Under the pieces are notes generated by a model. The model made no database searches. It saw only the letters and a program-made list of their open reading frames with translations, and was not told where the DNA came from. From the NCBI RefSeq assembly GCF_009914755.1, contig NC_060938.1: 64,000 bases of DNA; one strand, written 5' to 3'. How positions within the stretch are numbered: the first letter of the stretch is position 1; every line of letters begins with the position of its first letter. This DNA comes from the human T2T-CHM13v2.0 reference genome, Homo sapiens. Of the stretch, positions 11,021 to 23,293 are shown in pieces. The translations under genes and the position numbers were made by a program.

Positions 11021-12569
11021 GCAAAACACATAGTATACTTCCTGGCATTATGTGACACTCAATAAATGATCTTTCTTTCTTCTCTCTCAAGCTCCTCCTA
11101 ATTTCCTCAACTCTGTAACTTATGTTTTCCCCTCTGTGGTCAGAAAAGAATTTTCTGTCTTTTACAATTTACTGTAAATTTAAAATGACCTTTTACCATT
11201 CTCAAGGTTGTTGGCATTTAATTGTATAACAAATTTGTTTTGTTTTCCTCTGGCAAAGAAAGTAGAAAGCAAGGACAAAACGGGTCTCCGGGGGTAGGCT
11301 GGGGAGTAAATCTGGTTTACACGGTCACAAAGTGATAAGGGATAAAAATAGTGAGGCAATAAGGAGGAGGAGAAGGAAGAGGAGGAGTCTGTTGTGGGCT
11401 AGAGAAAGCAGATAACAGGGGCTAGGCCTTATATCAGTAGAGAGAGTCTGGACATTCAAGATAGGTTATTACTAGGAGGAAGGAGGCTGATGTGGAGAAA
11501 TGGGAAGAATGATGAGTGTCTGATGCCTATCCTTAAGACCTCCTGGTTATCACAGAATTATGGTCTTTCAGATCTAAAAAGGCCCATAATATCACCTACT
11601 CTACTGCCTTCAATTTACAGATAAGGGAATTGAGGCCTCATGAGTTGAGCCTCCTAGTTCTTGCTCAGACATTTCAAAAATGGTTATACTTGTGGAGGGT
11701 ATGGTTCATTATCTCCTCTTCCAAGGGAATAGGTATATGATTTTTCAGAGCTTGGGGTAATGCTCAGTTCTAAGCTCCTGGGATGCTAAGGAAGTAGCCA
11801 CTCTTATGGGAGAGTTACTATTTGAATTGAGAGGTGTATTAGATCCCACAGGATCCCACAGGATTCCACAGGATGTCATATCAGAAGGCAAGGCTTATGG
11901 ATCTGAACCTCTAGTCAAGGGGTCAGTAGGAAATCAGCTCAGGGTGGCATGAAAAGAACTTCCACAAGTCTCCACTTCCTTATCCACTTCCTAAGATTAT
12001 CTTGCCACTGAATCCCATTAACAACTGGGATATCTTACCAACATAAACTTTTGGAGCTTTTTTTGCTCTATTTAGAGATTGTTTGTGTTTCTTTGTAGGT
12101 TATATGAATGTTGGGCTGAAGAGAACAGGTAGCTTAAAAATTATGTTCTCTAAACCTTCACCACCAAGCTGAAAAGGAAATGAATGTCAAGATCAGCTGC
12201 ATAGGATAATAAATTTGATTAGCAGAAAACGCTCATGGTTGAGAACACTGGGACAGGAAGCAGCAATATACTGTGACTGGTGAGGCAAAGCTGAATGTCA
12301 GCGCTTAATTGCAAGGCAGGAGGCCATTATCCATTGGCAGCAATTCCCCCGGTGACTTTGTTTGTTTTATAACAAATTATTAAAGCGGTGGGAGAGCAGC
12401 ATGCTAGGTAGCAACAGGCTGCCTCTGACAGGAGCTGTCTCCTGCTTCCGGGTACTGCAGCTTCATGGCGCCAGCCTTTGCAGGCTGTGGAGCCTGAGTG
12501 AGATGCAGAACATGTAAGGGGCCTACGCCCAGTGTTTGGCACCTCTAGGATTCTACTCACAGACGTCTG

Positions 12570-13200
12570 GACGTCTGAGGATAGGGCTTGGACTGACAGG
12601 TTTATTACTTTGCCAGCAACTAGCTGTGAGATCCGGTGCAAATTCAGCTGACTGAACCTACTGAACAGCCATGAGAATGAGCCTCGAAGACCTCCTCCCT
12701 CAGGGAGAGTGATTCAATCAAGGTCCCAGCTACTGAAATCTATCACCCAGATACTGAAGCAGACCTATTCCTGGGAGACAAGGAACATTTGGTCTGCAAC
12801 CTTGGTTCAAGGACTCCTTGGTCTACTGTTCTTAGCTCAAGGACTCCCTGGCAACATTGCAGAACCTTCCTTAGAGTACAGAATATTAGAGGGTATATTT
12901 TCTTTCTCCTATTTATCCAGGAGCAAACTTGACTGTGGTCTGATGGCTTTCCAACTCCCTTCCTATTTCCTTTAACACAGGCATCTTCCCTAACAAGATT
13001 CTTGCAGTTTTAATCCCAACTAGATGTCTGTTTCTTGAAACATTCAGACTTACACAGCTCATTTTTCTCATTTATAAAATAGGAAATATTCCTTCATGCT
13101 TTCCTTGCAGAGGCATTATAAAGATTAAATGCGACAATGTATGAGGGATGCCTAAAACAATGCCTGGAAAATAGCAGGTGATGATAAAATAGCAGCTTTT
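12570..13200 (+). mobile_element. MIR interrupted by an LTR16-like ERVL LTR (~12625-13057)
   Basis: MIR halves (ACTAGCTGTGA / TTTCTCATTTATAAAATAGG...AATGCCTGG) flank a segment ending in LTR16-like ...TCTTGCA...TAATCCCA...TGTCTGTTTCTTG...GACTTACACA. Confidence 0.55.
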
Positions 13201-15464
13201 CCCTATTGTTGTTCTATTGCACTACATGAGGGTTGAGCCACAGCCCAGAAATTGATCAGAACCTGTGTTCCCAGAAGGTGTAAGAGCTGAGGCAATGCAG
13301 AGGGCATGTTTTCCCATCTACCTCATGGGGTATGACATATCTAGAAGTTTAATATATAGCTAACACATTTCTAGTATTCTGGGAAGTTTGGGGTTTTTTT
13401 CAGGGTTATATAGAAATATCTAAGATCAAAATCTCTTTTTTGTGAAAGATGAAGAAGGGACGAATTCTCTGGTTCTTTGAACCCTTGAATTCCAGTGAAA
13501 ACATCACCCCTCCTGATGATACTTGGATTTAAAGTCATATTTCTACTTGCCAAATGACACATTGTATTTTCCCTGTCAATGCAATCAGTAAGCAAGTGGA
13601 GAAAATGGAAGGAGGGGGCTTTTCTATGCGTGAACTGAGTGCATGGCAGTGTAATCCACCATCCAAGTGATTATTCTACTAGCAAGTAATGCAGAACAGC
13701 CACTCACAGCCTGGCACGGGGGTGGGAATCTTGTTTTTATCAAATTTACTCCGGACACCTGGGAGCTGTAGAAATCTGTATTTGGTTAAGGAAATGTAAT
13801 CAAACTTAAAGGTGTGAGTTACCTCTGAAGCACAAATATATGATGAATATGTATCCAGGGACTACATTTTCCCATGCAAACAGACATTTTCAAAATGCCA
13901 ACTGGCAATAAAAGGAATCAGGTGATAGTGACCAGCAGCATTAACATGAAAACAGGTATCAGGAACATTTTCAAAGTCATCTCTTCCTAGCAATTCTGAA
14001 GGAGAATGGATTTTCAAAAGGCCAGCTAAAGCTTCAGCGTAGTTATTCTCTTCAGTCTAAGCTAAAGGCTTTCTTCATTAATGTCTACTCTATATCCTCC
14101 TCCTTCAGCCATTCAGCTTTTCTTTACCTCAAGCTTACTGCTTCACAGACAGAATTTTCACTAGACAGTCCAAGTGTTTTTCAGATCTTTTTGGCTTTTG
14201 ACTTTGGGCCAATCTCCATCTCTGTTTCTGCACGCACCTGCCCAGCAGGATGTTAAAATAGATGCTCTCAGCGCCCAGGTGGAGATGAGCTCTTTGCATA
14301 ACTGTCCTAGAGCCAGATGGTCGGATGACTTAGCACTCAGTCTAAATGTGTCAGAGACTTTAAACCCAGTTATACATCTATTAGGAAGAGATTCACAGAT
14401 GCTGTTTCTTTATATTAATTTTTCTACTAATTTGGCAGTTCCAAGTGGAACCTAACTATAATTTTTCAAAGGCAAGAGCTTTGGGTCACTGGTATGGAAT
14501 GCTAGGGATCACAGGAGCCCTGGAAGGGAATTTGGTCCAGTTCCTGTGCTTAAAAGCAAGGTGAAGCTCAGAGCTGCCTGATTTCCTCACTGCTCATTTT
14601 CGTTGTCCTAGAATCTCATCTGCCAAGTTGCACAACTTCAGGGAGGACTTTCCACAAAGCTGTGTAATGCAGCCTGCCTTAGCACAACATGGAATCGAAG
14701 AATGTTAGAGCTGCCAGGGAGCTAACATCTGTTGGCCAAACCTGCCCAGTGCTCGGAAGTGGAAACCAATGGCCAATGAAGTAGGTGACTTACCCATATC
14801 TCACAGCTAGTTAAGAAGAATCCCTGAAGTGTTACAGGCTTGAAAAGGTGTTGCCAAGAATAAAGCCCATTGCTCCCAAGTATGGTAATCATGGTTCACC
14901 AGGCTGTCTTCCTATTGTCTTGCTTCAGAGAAATTAATTTTAGAGTCATTTTGGATCAATATTTAACTTAACCAATACTTAATTTAATGATATTTAATTT
15001 GATAATAATTCAGTCAATACTTAATTTTTGATTTTAAATATGGTAATATTTTACTTTGAGGAGGAGCAAAATATCTATGTTATTTTCCTCTCTTTTTTGT
15101 AGAATTTCTCATGGCAAAGATTTGTAATTAATTTATAGGCTAGAAAGAAGTATGATCCTCCTATGAGGAACACCTTTGTATTGCAAAGGTGACTGTTCAC
15201 TGGGGAAGACATGCCCTTTAGTAAATTTTCACAACAAGAAACATTTCCCCTGGCTTTAAAACTTTCAGGTACAGTACCACTTGACACACAGAGTGGGGAT
15301 TAGCTGGATTCGCTGGATTTAGCAATTCATTTTGTGTCTCAGGGCAGTTATCTGACTGTATCCTTGGAACTAGAGGACTCAAGAATATATTTCTAATAGT
15401 TTCTGGAAGCTCTGAAAATGTTTCATAATGTATATATGGGTGGATATATAGACATACTTAGCTA

Positions 15465-15683
15465 ACACTTACTGAGTACTTTACTATGTACAAGACACTG
15501 ACCTAATCACTTTACATTGTTTACTTCACCCTGGGAAGACAGGTATTATTATACCCACTTTATAGATGAAAAAACTGAGGCCTGTGAGAAGTTAAGTGAC
15601 TAAGTTAAGGTTGCTTAGCTAGCTAGTGGCAGAACTGGGCTGCTGAGTTCTAAACCCATGTATTCAACCTAAATGATATACTG
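15465..15683 (-). mobile_element. MIR
   Basis: CCCACTTTATAGATGAAAAAACTGAGGC...AAGTTAAGTGAC core. Confidence 0.75.
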
Positions 15684-15685
15684 TG

Positions 15686-16741
15686 GGCCCTACCCTAAAG
15701 CCTAGAACTGTGGTGCAAAGTGAGAACTTTACATCCCTGTTTTCCCACTCAAATGTTGCCTTTTCCAAAACCACCTGGCCTACCCCGCCCCCCATCCTGT
15801 ACCCAGGCTCCACAAGCTGAGAAGCAGCAGAGAAGGACAGAAGAGAATAAGCTGCCGAATGTCAGAGAGAAGCAGCAGCCAGATGTCAGAGAGAAGCAGC
15901 TTGACTTCAGAGGGATGGCTTGGTGGCAGGACCCCAGAGAAGAGTTTGGCTGGTCTATTAGTCTGTTTTCACACTGCTGATAAAGACATACTTGAGACCA
16001 GATAATTTATAAAGAAAAAGAGTTTTAATGGACTCACAGTTCCACATGGCTGAGGAGTCTCACAACCATGGAGGAAGGCAAAAGGCACGTCTTACATTGT
16101 GAAACAAGACAGAATAAGAACCAAGAGAAAGGGGTTGCCCCTTATAAAACCATTAGCTCTCGTGAGACTTATTCACTACTATGAGAACAGAATGGGTGAA
16201 ACTGCCCCCATGATTCAATCATCTCCCACCAGGTCCCTCCCACAACTCATGGGAATTATGGGAGTTACAATTCAAAGTGAGATTTGGGTGAGGACACAGC
16301 TGCTGGGGATGGCCGAACTTCAGGGAAAGACCACCTTCCCCTCCATCCCCTTTCCAGCTCTCCATCCCTCTGAAAGCCACTTTCATTGGCAATAAAATCC
16401 CCCATATCTGTCATCTTCAATTCATTCATGCGACCTGATTCTTCCTGGATGCTGAACAAGAGCTTGGGATACAGAGGGCTGTCACACTGAGCTGTTTAAC
16501 ACTTAAGATGTTGGTGGATGGCAAAGCTAAAAGAGCACTGTAACACATGACCTCTGGGGCTCCCGGAGTCATGAGTACCCCTTCTAGACACAGCCGTGGG
16601 GCCACACAGAATTCTGCTCCTGCTGCCGCCCGGAAGCACTCATCTGGCTCCTGCACCCACTCACCTGCATCCTCCCCCTCCCACGAGGTGTTAAGAGCTG
16701 TGGGATGAGTAAAGGAGGCCTGTGAAGGATTTCCTGTTTCA
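15686..16741 (+). mobile_element. ERV1 solo LTR of the LTR1/LTR28/MER52 group, split by THE1
   Basis: AGAAGCAGCTTGACTTCAGAGGGA, CAATAAAATCCCC, GCTAAAAGAGCACTGTAACAC, ends TTCCTGTTTCA. Confidence 0.7.
15954..16300 (-). mobile_element. THE1 (MaLR) solo LTR
   Basis: TATTAGTCTGTTTTCACACTGCTGATAAAGACATAC...GAGATTTGGGTG.GGACACAGC, TSD GCTGG. Confidence 0.9.
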
Positions 16742-16974
16742 GTCTTACATTCAGGTCTGAGTTCTCAGAGGAATCTTTCTAACACCTAAATTGTTAAAAG
16801 TTATGTAACCTTCCACCAAGAAAGCAAATTCTCCCATTTTGATGCCTATTGTGTGCAGGCTCTGAAAACTGTCAGAGGAGAAGATAAGAATTCAGTCCTT
16901 GCCCATAGTCAATGGCTTTAGTGTTTCTTCCATCTATTTTCCAGGAACAAAGGATATCTATGAGAAATTAATTG

Positions 16975-19249
16975 TCAAATCTATCAAACATTAAAAGAAG
17001 AACTAATACTAATCCTTCTCAAACTATTCCAAAAAATTGAAGAAGAGAGAATATTTCCAAACTCATTTTATGATGTTAACATTAACTTGATACCAGAACC
17101 AGACAAGGATACTAAAGAGAAGAAAATTATAGGCCAATATCCCCGATGAGCATAGTTGTAAAAATTCTCAACAAAATACTAGCAAACCAAATTCAGTAGT
17201 AAATTAATGTATCATACATCCAGAGCCAGATGTAGAAAATCATAGGCCAATATCCCTGATGAACATAGATGCAAAAATTCTCAACAAAATATTAGCAAAC
17301 CAAATTCAATGGCACATTAAACGGATCACACACAATGGCAAGTGGGCTTTGTCCCAGGGATGCAAAAAAAATGGTTTAACATCTGCAAATCAATAAATGT
17401 AATACATTACATTAACATAATGAAGGAGAAAAATTATCTGATTATCTCAACAGATGCAGTAAAAGCATTTGACAAAATTCAATATCCTTTCATGATAAAA
17501 ACTCTCCACAAATTAGGTATAGAAGGAATGTACCTCAACACCTTAAAGGTCATATGTGACAAGCCCACAGCTAACATCATACCAAACAATCAAAAGCTAA
17601 AATCTCTTTCTCTAAGATAAGCAACAAGACAAGGGTGCCCACTCTTGCCACTTGTATGCAACAAAGCACTGGAAGTCCTAGCCACAGCAATTAGGCAAGA
17701 CAAAGAAAGAAAAGACATCTAAATTGGAAAAGAAGAAAAATTGTCTCTATTTGCAGATGGCATGATCTTATATATTAAAAACTCTAAAGCCTCCACCAAA
17801 AAACTGGTGAAACTAATACATTCAGTAAAGTTGAAGGATACAAAATTAATATGCAAAAATCAGTTGCATTTCTATATGCTAACAATGAACTATCTGAAGA
17901 AGAAACCAAGAAAATATGGATGAAAGAAATCAAAGAAGACACAAATAAATGCAAAGATATTTCATGTCCATGAATTGGAAAAATTAATATTGTTAAAACA
18001 CCCATGCTACCCAAAGTGATCTACAGATTTAATGCAATCCCTATCAAAATCCCAATGGCATTTTTCACATAAATAGAAAAAGCAACTCTATAATTTGAAT
18101 GGAACCGAAAAAGACTGAATAGCTGCAGGAATTTTAAGCAAAAAGGACACAACTGGAGGCATGATACTACCTGACTTCAAAACCTACTATAAAGCTATAG
18201 CAATTAAAACAGCATGGTATTTGCATAAAAACAGACATTGATAAACAGAATAGAGAGCCCAGACATAAATCTATGCATTTATGATCAATTGATTTTTGAC
18301 AAATATATCAAAACATACAATGGGGAGAGTACAGTCTCTTCAATAAATAGTGTTGGCAAAACTGGATATCCACTTGAATAAAAACAAATTAGACCTCTAT
18401 CTCACACCATATATGAAAATCAACTCAAAACTAATTAAAAACTTAAATGTTAGATGTGAAACTGTAAAACTATGAGGAGAAAACACAGGGAAAAAGCTTC
18501 ATGACATTGATCTGGGCAAAGATATTTTTGGATATGGCACCAAAAGCACAGGCAACAAAAGCAAGAATAAATAAATTAAAGTAACTGCACAGTGAAAGAA
18601 ACAATCAACAAAATGGAAAGCCAATCCAGAGAATGGGAGAAAATATTTGCAAACCATATATCCAATAGTGGGCAGTATCCAAAATATATAAATAACTCCT
18701 ATAACTCAATAATAAACAAAACAAAACAAAATAAAAACATTCAAATAACCTGATTAAAAATGGGCAAAGGACCTGGATAGACATCTTTCAAATAGTACAT
18801 ACAAATAGGCAGCAGGTATATAAAAAGGTGCTTGAGATCACTAATCATCAGGGAATTGCAAATCAAGACCACAATTAGGTATCATTTCACACCTGTTAGA
18901 ATGGCTATTATCAAAAAAATGAAAGATAATAATTATTAAGGATATGGAGAAAAGGGGAAGGTGTACACTGTCGGTGAGAATGTAAATTAGTACAGCCATT
19001 ATGGAAAACAGTATGGAGTTTCCTAAAAAAAAAAATTATAATTAGAACTGTCATATGATTCAGCTGTTCTACTTTTGGGTTTGCATCTGAAGGAAATGAG
19101 ATCAGTATCGTAGAGATATCTGTATTCCTATGTTCACTGAAGCACTATTCACAATAGCCAAGATAAGAAAACAAGAATTTGTTGATAAATAAATAGTTAA
19201 GTTGTATAATATATACATATAGATACATATATATGTATCTATATGTGTG

Positions 19250-19289
<40 letters not shown>

Positions 19290-19780
19290 TAGATACAATG
19301 GAATGTTATTTAGCCTTAAAAAAGAAGGAAATCCTGACATTTGGAACAACATGGATGACCCTAGAGGACATTATGCTAAGTGAAATAAGCAAGGCACAGA
19401 AAGGCATGATATCACTTATAAGTGGAATCTAAACAAATCAAACCTGGATAAACAGAGATTAGAATGGTGATTGCCAGGGGCTGGGAAGTGGTGAAATGGG
19501 AGAATATTAGTCGAAAGGTATAAATTGTCAGTTATGAGATAAATTACAGAGATGTAATGTGTAGCATGGTAACTATAGTTACTAATAATGCCTTGTATAG
19601 TAGAAATTTTCTAGGAAAATAGATCTTATGTGTTCTAATCTCAAGAAAAAGGTAACTATGAGGTGATGAATATGTTTGATGGATATATTAATTAGGTTGA
19701 TTATGGGAATCATTACAAAAAGTATACGTATGGAAAAAGACACCATGTTGTACACCTTTAATATATCCTATTTAAAAATT
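16975..19780 (+). mobile_element. L1MA-type LINE-1, 5'-truncated; decayed ORF2 (RT and C-terminal region) + 3'UTR
   Basis: ORF fragments [22 protein letters not shown] (17342) and SLFADGMILY (17741; catalytic FADD altered to FADG), many stops, L1MA-type 3' end. Confidence 0.92.
19253..19284. repeat. (CA)n microsatellite within L1
   Basis: Perfect CA run preceded by a TA-rich tract. Confidence 0.9.
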
Positions 19781-19784
19781 TTCC

Positions 19785-20103
<319 letters not shown>

Positions 20104-20246
20104 AATTCCAATAAAACTTAAATGAATTTCACAGAAAATATACCTCTAAACTGAGGGGAAACTCAGTTTTGTCTTCTACTCTTTCAGTGTACTCTGTCTT
20201 CAAAAATCATGGTGAACATGTGCCCATTAGGTAATTGTTGAATCTT

Positions 20247-20445
20247 CACTCCCTTTTGGAGTCTCCCAGGTCTATTATTCCCCTCTGTATTTCCATGCAT
20301 ACCCATACTTTAGCTCCTACTTATAAGTGAGGACACAGAGTGTTTGATTTTCTGTTTCTGAGTTATTTCACTTAGGGTAATGGCCTACAGCTCCATTCAC
20401 GTTGCCACAAAAGACATAATTTTATTATTTTTATGGCTGTATAGT
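20247..20445 (-). mobile_element. L1PB/L1MA 3' fragment
   Basis: TTTAGCTCC.ACTTATAAGTGAG.ACA...TTTCACTTAG..TAATGGCCT.CAGCTCCAT. Confidence 0.8.
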
Positions 20446-20660
20446 TAGTCTTTATAGTCATGTGCTGCCCCTTCTCACATCTCAAGTCTTCCAATACAGA
20501 GAGGCAATCTTTTAAGCTGGTGTCTTACTGGATAAGACTTCCTAATAGCAAAATTCTCACAGAGTTGGTCTGCTTCATTTTATTTTGTTTCATGGATCTA
20601 GAATTTTTGATAATTACAGAAATGATTTAATAATAAGTCAACCTTTGAAAGACACAAAGA

Positions 20661-20731
20661 GTCTCCATATTGAAGCCTCTTGTGCATACATGTTAAATAA
20701 ATTTGTGTGTCTTTTCTCCTATTAAAAAAAA
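20661..20731 (+). mobile_element. Short polyadenylated retrocopy (ERV LTR-like 3' end)
   Basis: AATAAA about 22 nt before an A-run, flanked by GAAAGACACAAAGA (20647-20660) and GAAAGACAAAGA (20732-20743). Confidence 0.55.
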
Positions 20732-21584
20732 GAAAGACAAAGAAGAAAAGGGCATATGCTCATATTCCTTGTATAGATGGTCCTAAAATTGCATCAGTGG
20801 TCTCTGCTATATTATAGATTCACACAACTATTTTTTGGTAGGATTAAGTTTAATTTTTTTTCTTGAAATTGTAATAATGCTCCTCAATGTATTTTTTCAA
20901 AATAGCCCAATATAGTCTGTTGTGGAATGTAGCAATGATTCAATAAGAAAAAAGGTATGGTTATTTTGAAAACCACCAAAAAGCATTTGGTAAAATTCAA
21001 CAACCATTCTTAATAACAATTCTTGGAAAGAGGAAGATAAAGAAATATTCTTAGCATTAAACACACAGACATACGTTTCAAAAATTAACATAAAATATAT
21101 CTAACAGTGAAACATAAAAAGAATTCCATTAAAGGAAGATCAAAACTAGGCTGATCACACTCAATGCTGTTATTTAACTTAGTACTTCTGGAGAAATTTA
21201 AGGCACAAGTTACAGACACACCGTGTTTGGTTTATAAGTTTATTATCGTGACAGCATTTTTAGTGGTCTTGGTATTTTTTTTACAAATGCAACAGTTTAT
21301 TAAGAATTTATGCGGGATTGTGAAATTAGAGGCGTCATCTGATTTGGAAGTTGGAATCGCCCCACAGCCTTCACTGGGCCACTGACAGATGTTTAGCAGC
21401 CAATATGTCTGTGCCTGGTATGATACCATTTTGGTTTTCTGTAACTGACTTTGCATTTCTGCCCCTTTAGGTAAAACTAGTACTATGATTTATCTTTGCA
21501 ATAAAGTTATTCACCCCACGTGAACGTCACAGCCAGTTCCAGATTTAGCAATGAGATCTAAACCTGCTCTTCACACAATCTAGC

Positions 21585-21830
21585 AGAGAGGTAATAGAGC
21601 GTAGGGGTTAAACATGCAAACACTCGAACTTGACAGCCTGAATCCAAATTTTGGTCCAGCCAGTTACTAGCTGGTGACTCAGGGCTTGTTGCTTAACCTC
21701 TCTGTGCTTCACAGTCCCTATCCGTAAAATGGAAACAATATTAATAGCATCTACTTTATTGCATTGTTGTGAGGATTAAATGATTTAATGCCAGTAAAGT
21801 GCTATGAAATGTGACCTAGCAGGGAGACAT
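21585..21830 (+). mobile_element. MIR
   Basis: TTACTAGCTG.GTGAC...CTTAACCTCTCTGTGC...GTAAAATGG...GTGAGGATTAAATGA. Confidence 0.8.
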
Positions 21831-22147
21831 ATTATGTCTCTGTATCAAGCATAAACACTTCCTCATATAACTTCTGCAGACAACCTCAGCACTGACCATC
21901 ATGGCTATACCAGGAGTCAGGGAGCACCACTCCACTCCACACCACGTTACAACCACAAAGGACATTAAAGTTTCTCCAGTCTGACTCTCATTTTACAGAT
22001 GAGGAAGCTGCAATCTGATCTAGGGTCTGAAGTCACTTTCCTAAGTTCACAATGTTAATTGGTGGCCAGTTCAGAGCGACTATGTCTTTGGTTATATAAA
22101 GAAGCACAGACAACTTGAATGTTACTTCACTCCCATTCTTTTAATGA

Positions 22148-22253
22148 AGTTTATACTCATAAAACAACAATAATAATAAACAATAAAACCACCCAATCTT
22201 AGTTTATACTCATAAAACAACAATAATAATAAACAATAAAACCACCCAATCTT
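22148..22253. repeat. Perfect 53-bp tandem duplication
   Basis: 22148-22200 is identical to 22201-22253. Confidence 0.96.
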
Positions 22254-23133
22254 ACTAAGCTATTTCCCTTGTGGGAGAGTCGAACATGACGTATTTTCTA
22301 ATACTAAATTTCTTGGAATAAGTAAACAACGACAGAGGACATTAAAGTTTATTTTATTGTAAACAAATAATCACATTAATCACATAGCATTTCAGATATC
22401 CATTACCACTCACTTCTTTAAACTTCTTGATACTATGAATGCAATGTAAAATGCAAAGTAGAATATCTCCCTGGGTCTCACACAAGGTCAAACTCATTTA
22501 ATATTAGATGAATCTTGAAGAGAAAGTAGCTCTGTAGTCTATAGTTCATGACATAAAACTTAAATTTAGTGTCCCACATCTCAGAACAGGAAAATAAGCC
22601 AAAATTCTCTAGTAATAATCTTTCCCAAGCATTATTTCCCAAGAGACTCTAAATTGTTCCCATGTCACACTCAATTTGCTCCCATAATCATTTTTTATTT
22701 CCATCCTTAATCTCCATTTTGAAAATTAAGATGCTGACTTCCAGCACAGGTTCCTTTTAAAATGTGCTATTAAACACTAGGGGCTAGCTTCTATCTGATT
22801 TGTAAAATGGTCTTAAGTAGAAGTTGTTTTAATGTTCATAGCTACATTTAATTTTAAGGGGCAGGAAATACTAGCTCCTGTGAGATGTCCTTCATTTTAT
22901 TTGTTAGGTATAAAGCTGGCTAAAGTAGGAAATGGAAAGTAGGAAATCTTAAAGATGATCAGTGCAATTATTTTGTATTAAAATTGCAAAACACGCCAGT
23001 CTAGCTCTCCATTTTCCTGGAGTAAATAATTTTAATACCATGACCGCAATTCTATAACAGCCTTGTCAGAAAGAACCTGTGACTTACTCATTTGATTTCT
23101 GAAATCTACGATCAAAGAGTCATTTTTTTAGAT

Positions 23134-23293
23134 CAGGATTTTCTAAGTTTGGTTAATTTTCAGAGTCACCTGGATTCCTTGATCCCACCTGAGATCTACT
23201 GAGTTAGAATCTGTAAGAGATGGATTTAGGACTGTATCTTTTTCACAAGGAGTCAATGTGTTTCTGGGAGTTTGCTAAGTTTGAGAAGCTCTG
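23134..23293. mobile_element. MER5A-like DNA transposon
   Basis: CAGAGTCACCTGG...CTACTGAGTTAGAATCT...AAGTTTGAGAAGCTCTG. Confidence 0.6.

Noticed and set aside
17342-17923. Reverse-transcriptase-like ORFs
   Set aside because: Decayed L1 ORF2 fragments with frameshifts, stops and FADD changed to FADG; not a novel RT system.
22148-22253. CRISPR-like or other prokaryotic repeat arrays
   Set aside because: The sequence is primate, and the repeats are simple tandem duplications without spacers.
21959-22350. 15-bp direct repeat AGGACATTAAAGTTT about 377 bp apart
   Set aside because: Enclosed sequence is not a single poly(A)-tailed element, so it is not a convincing TSD.
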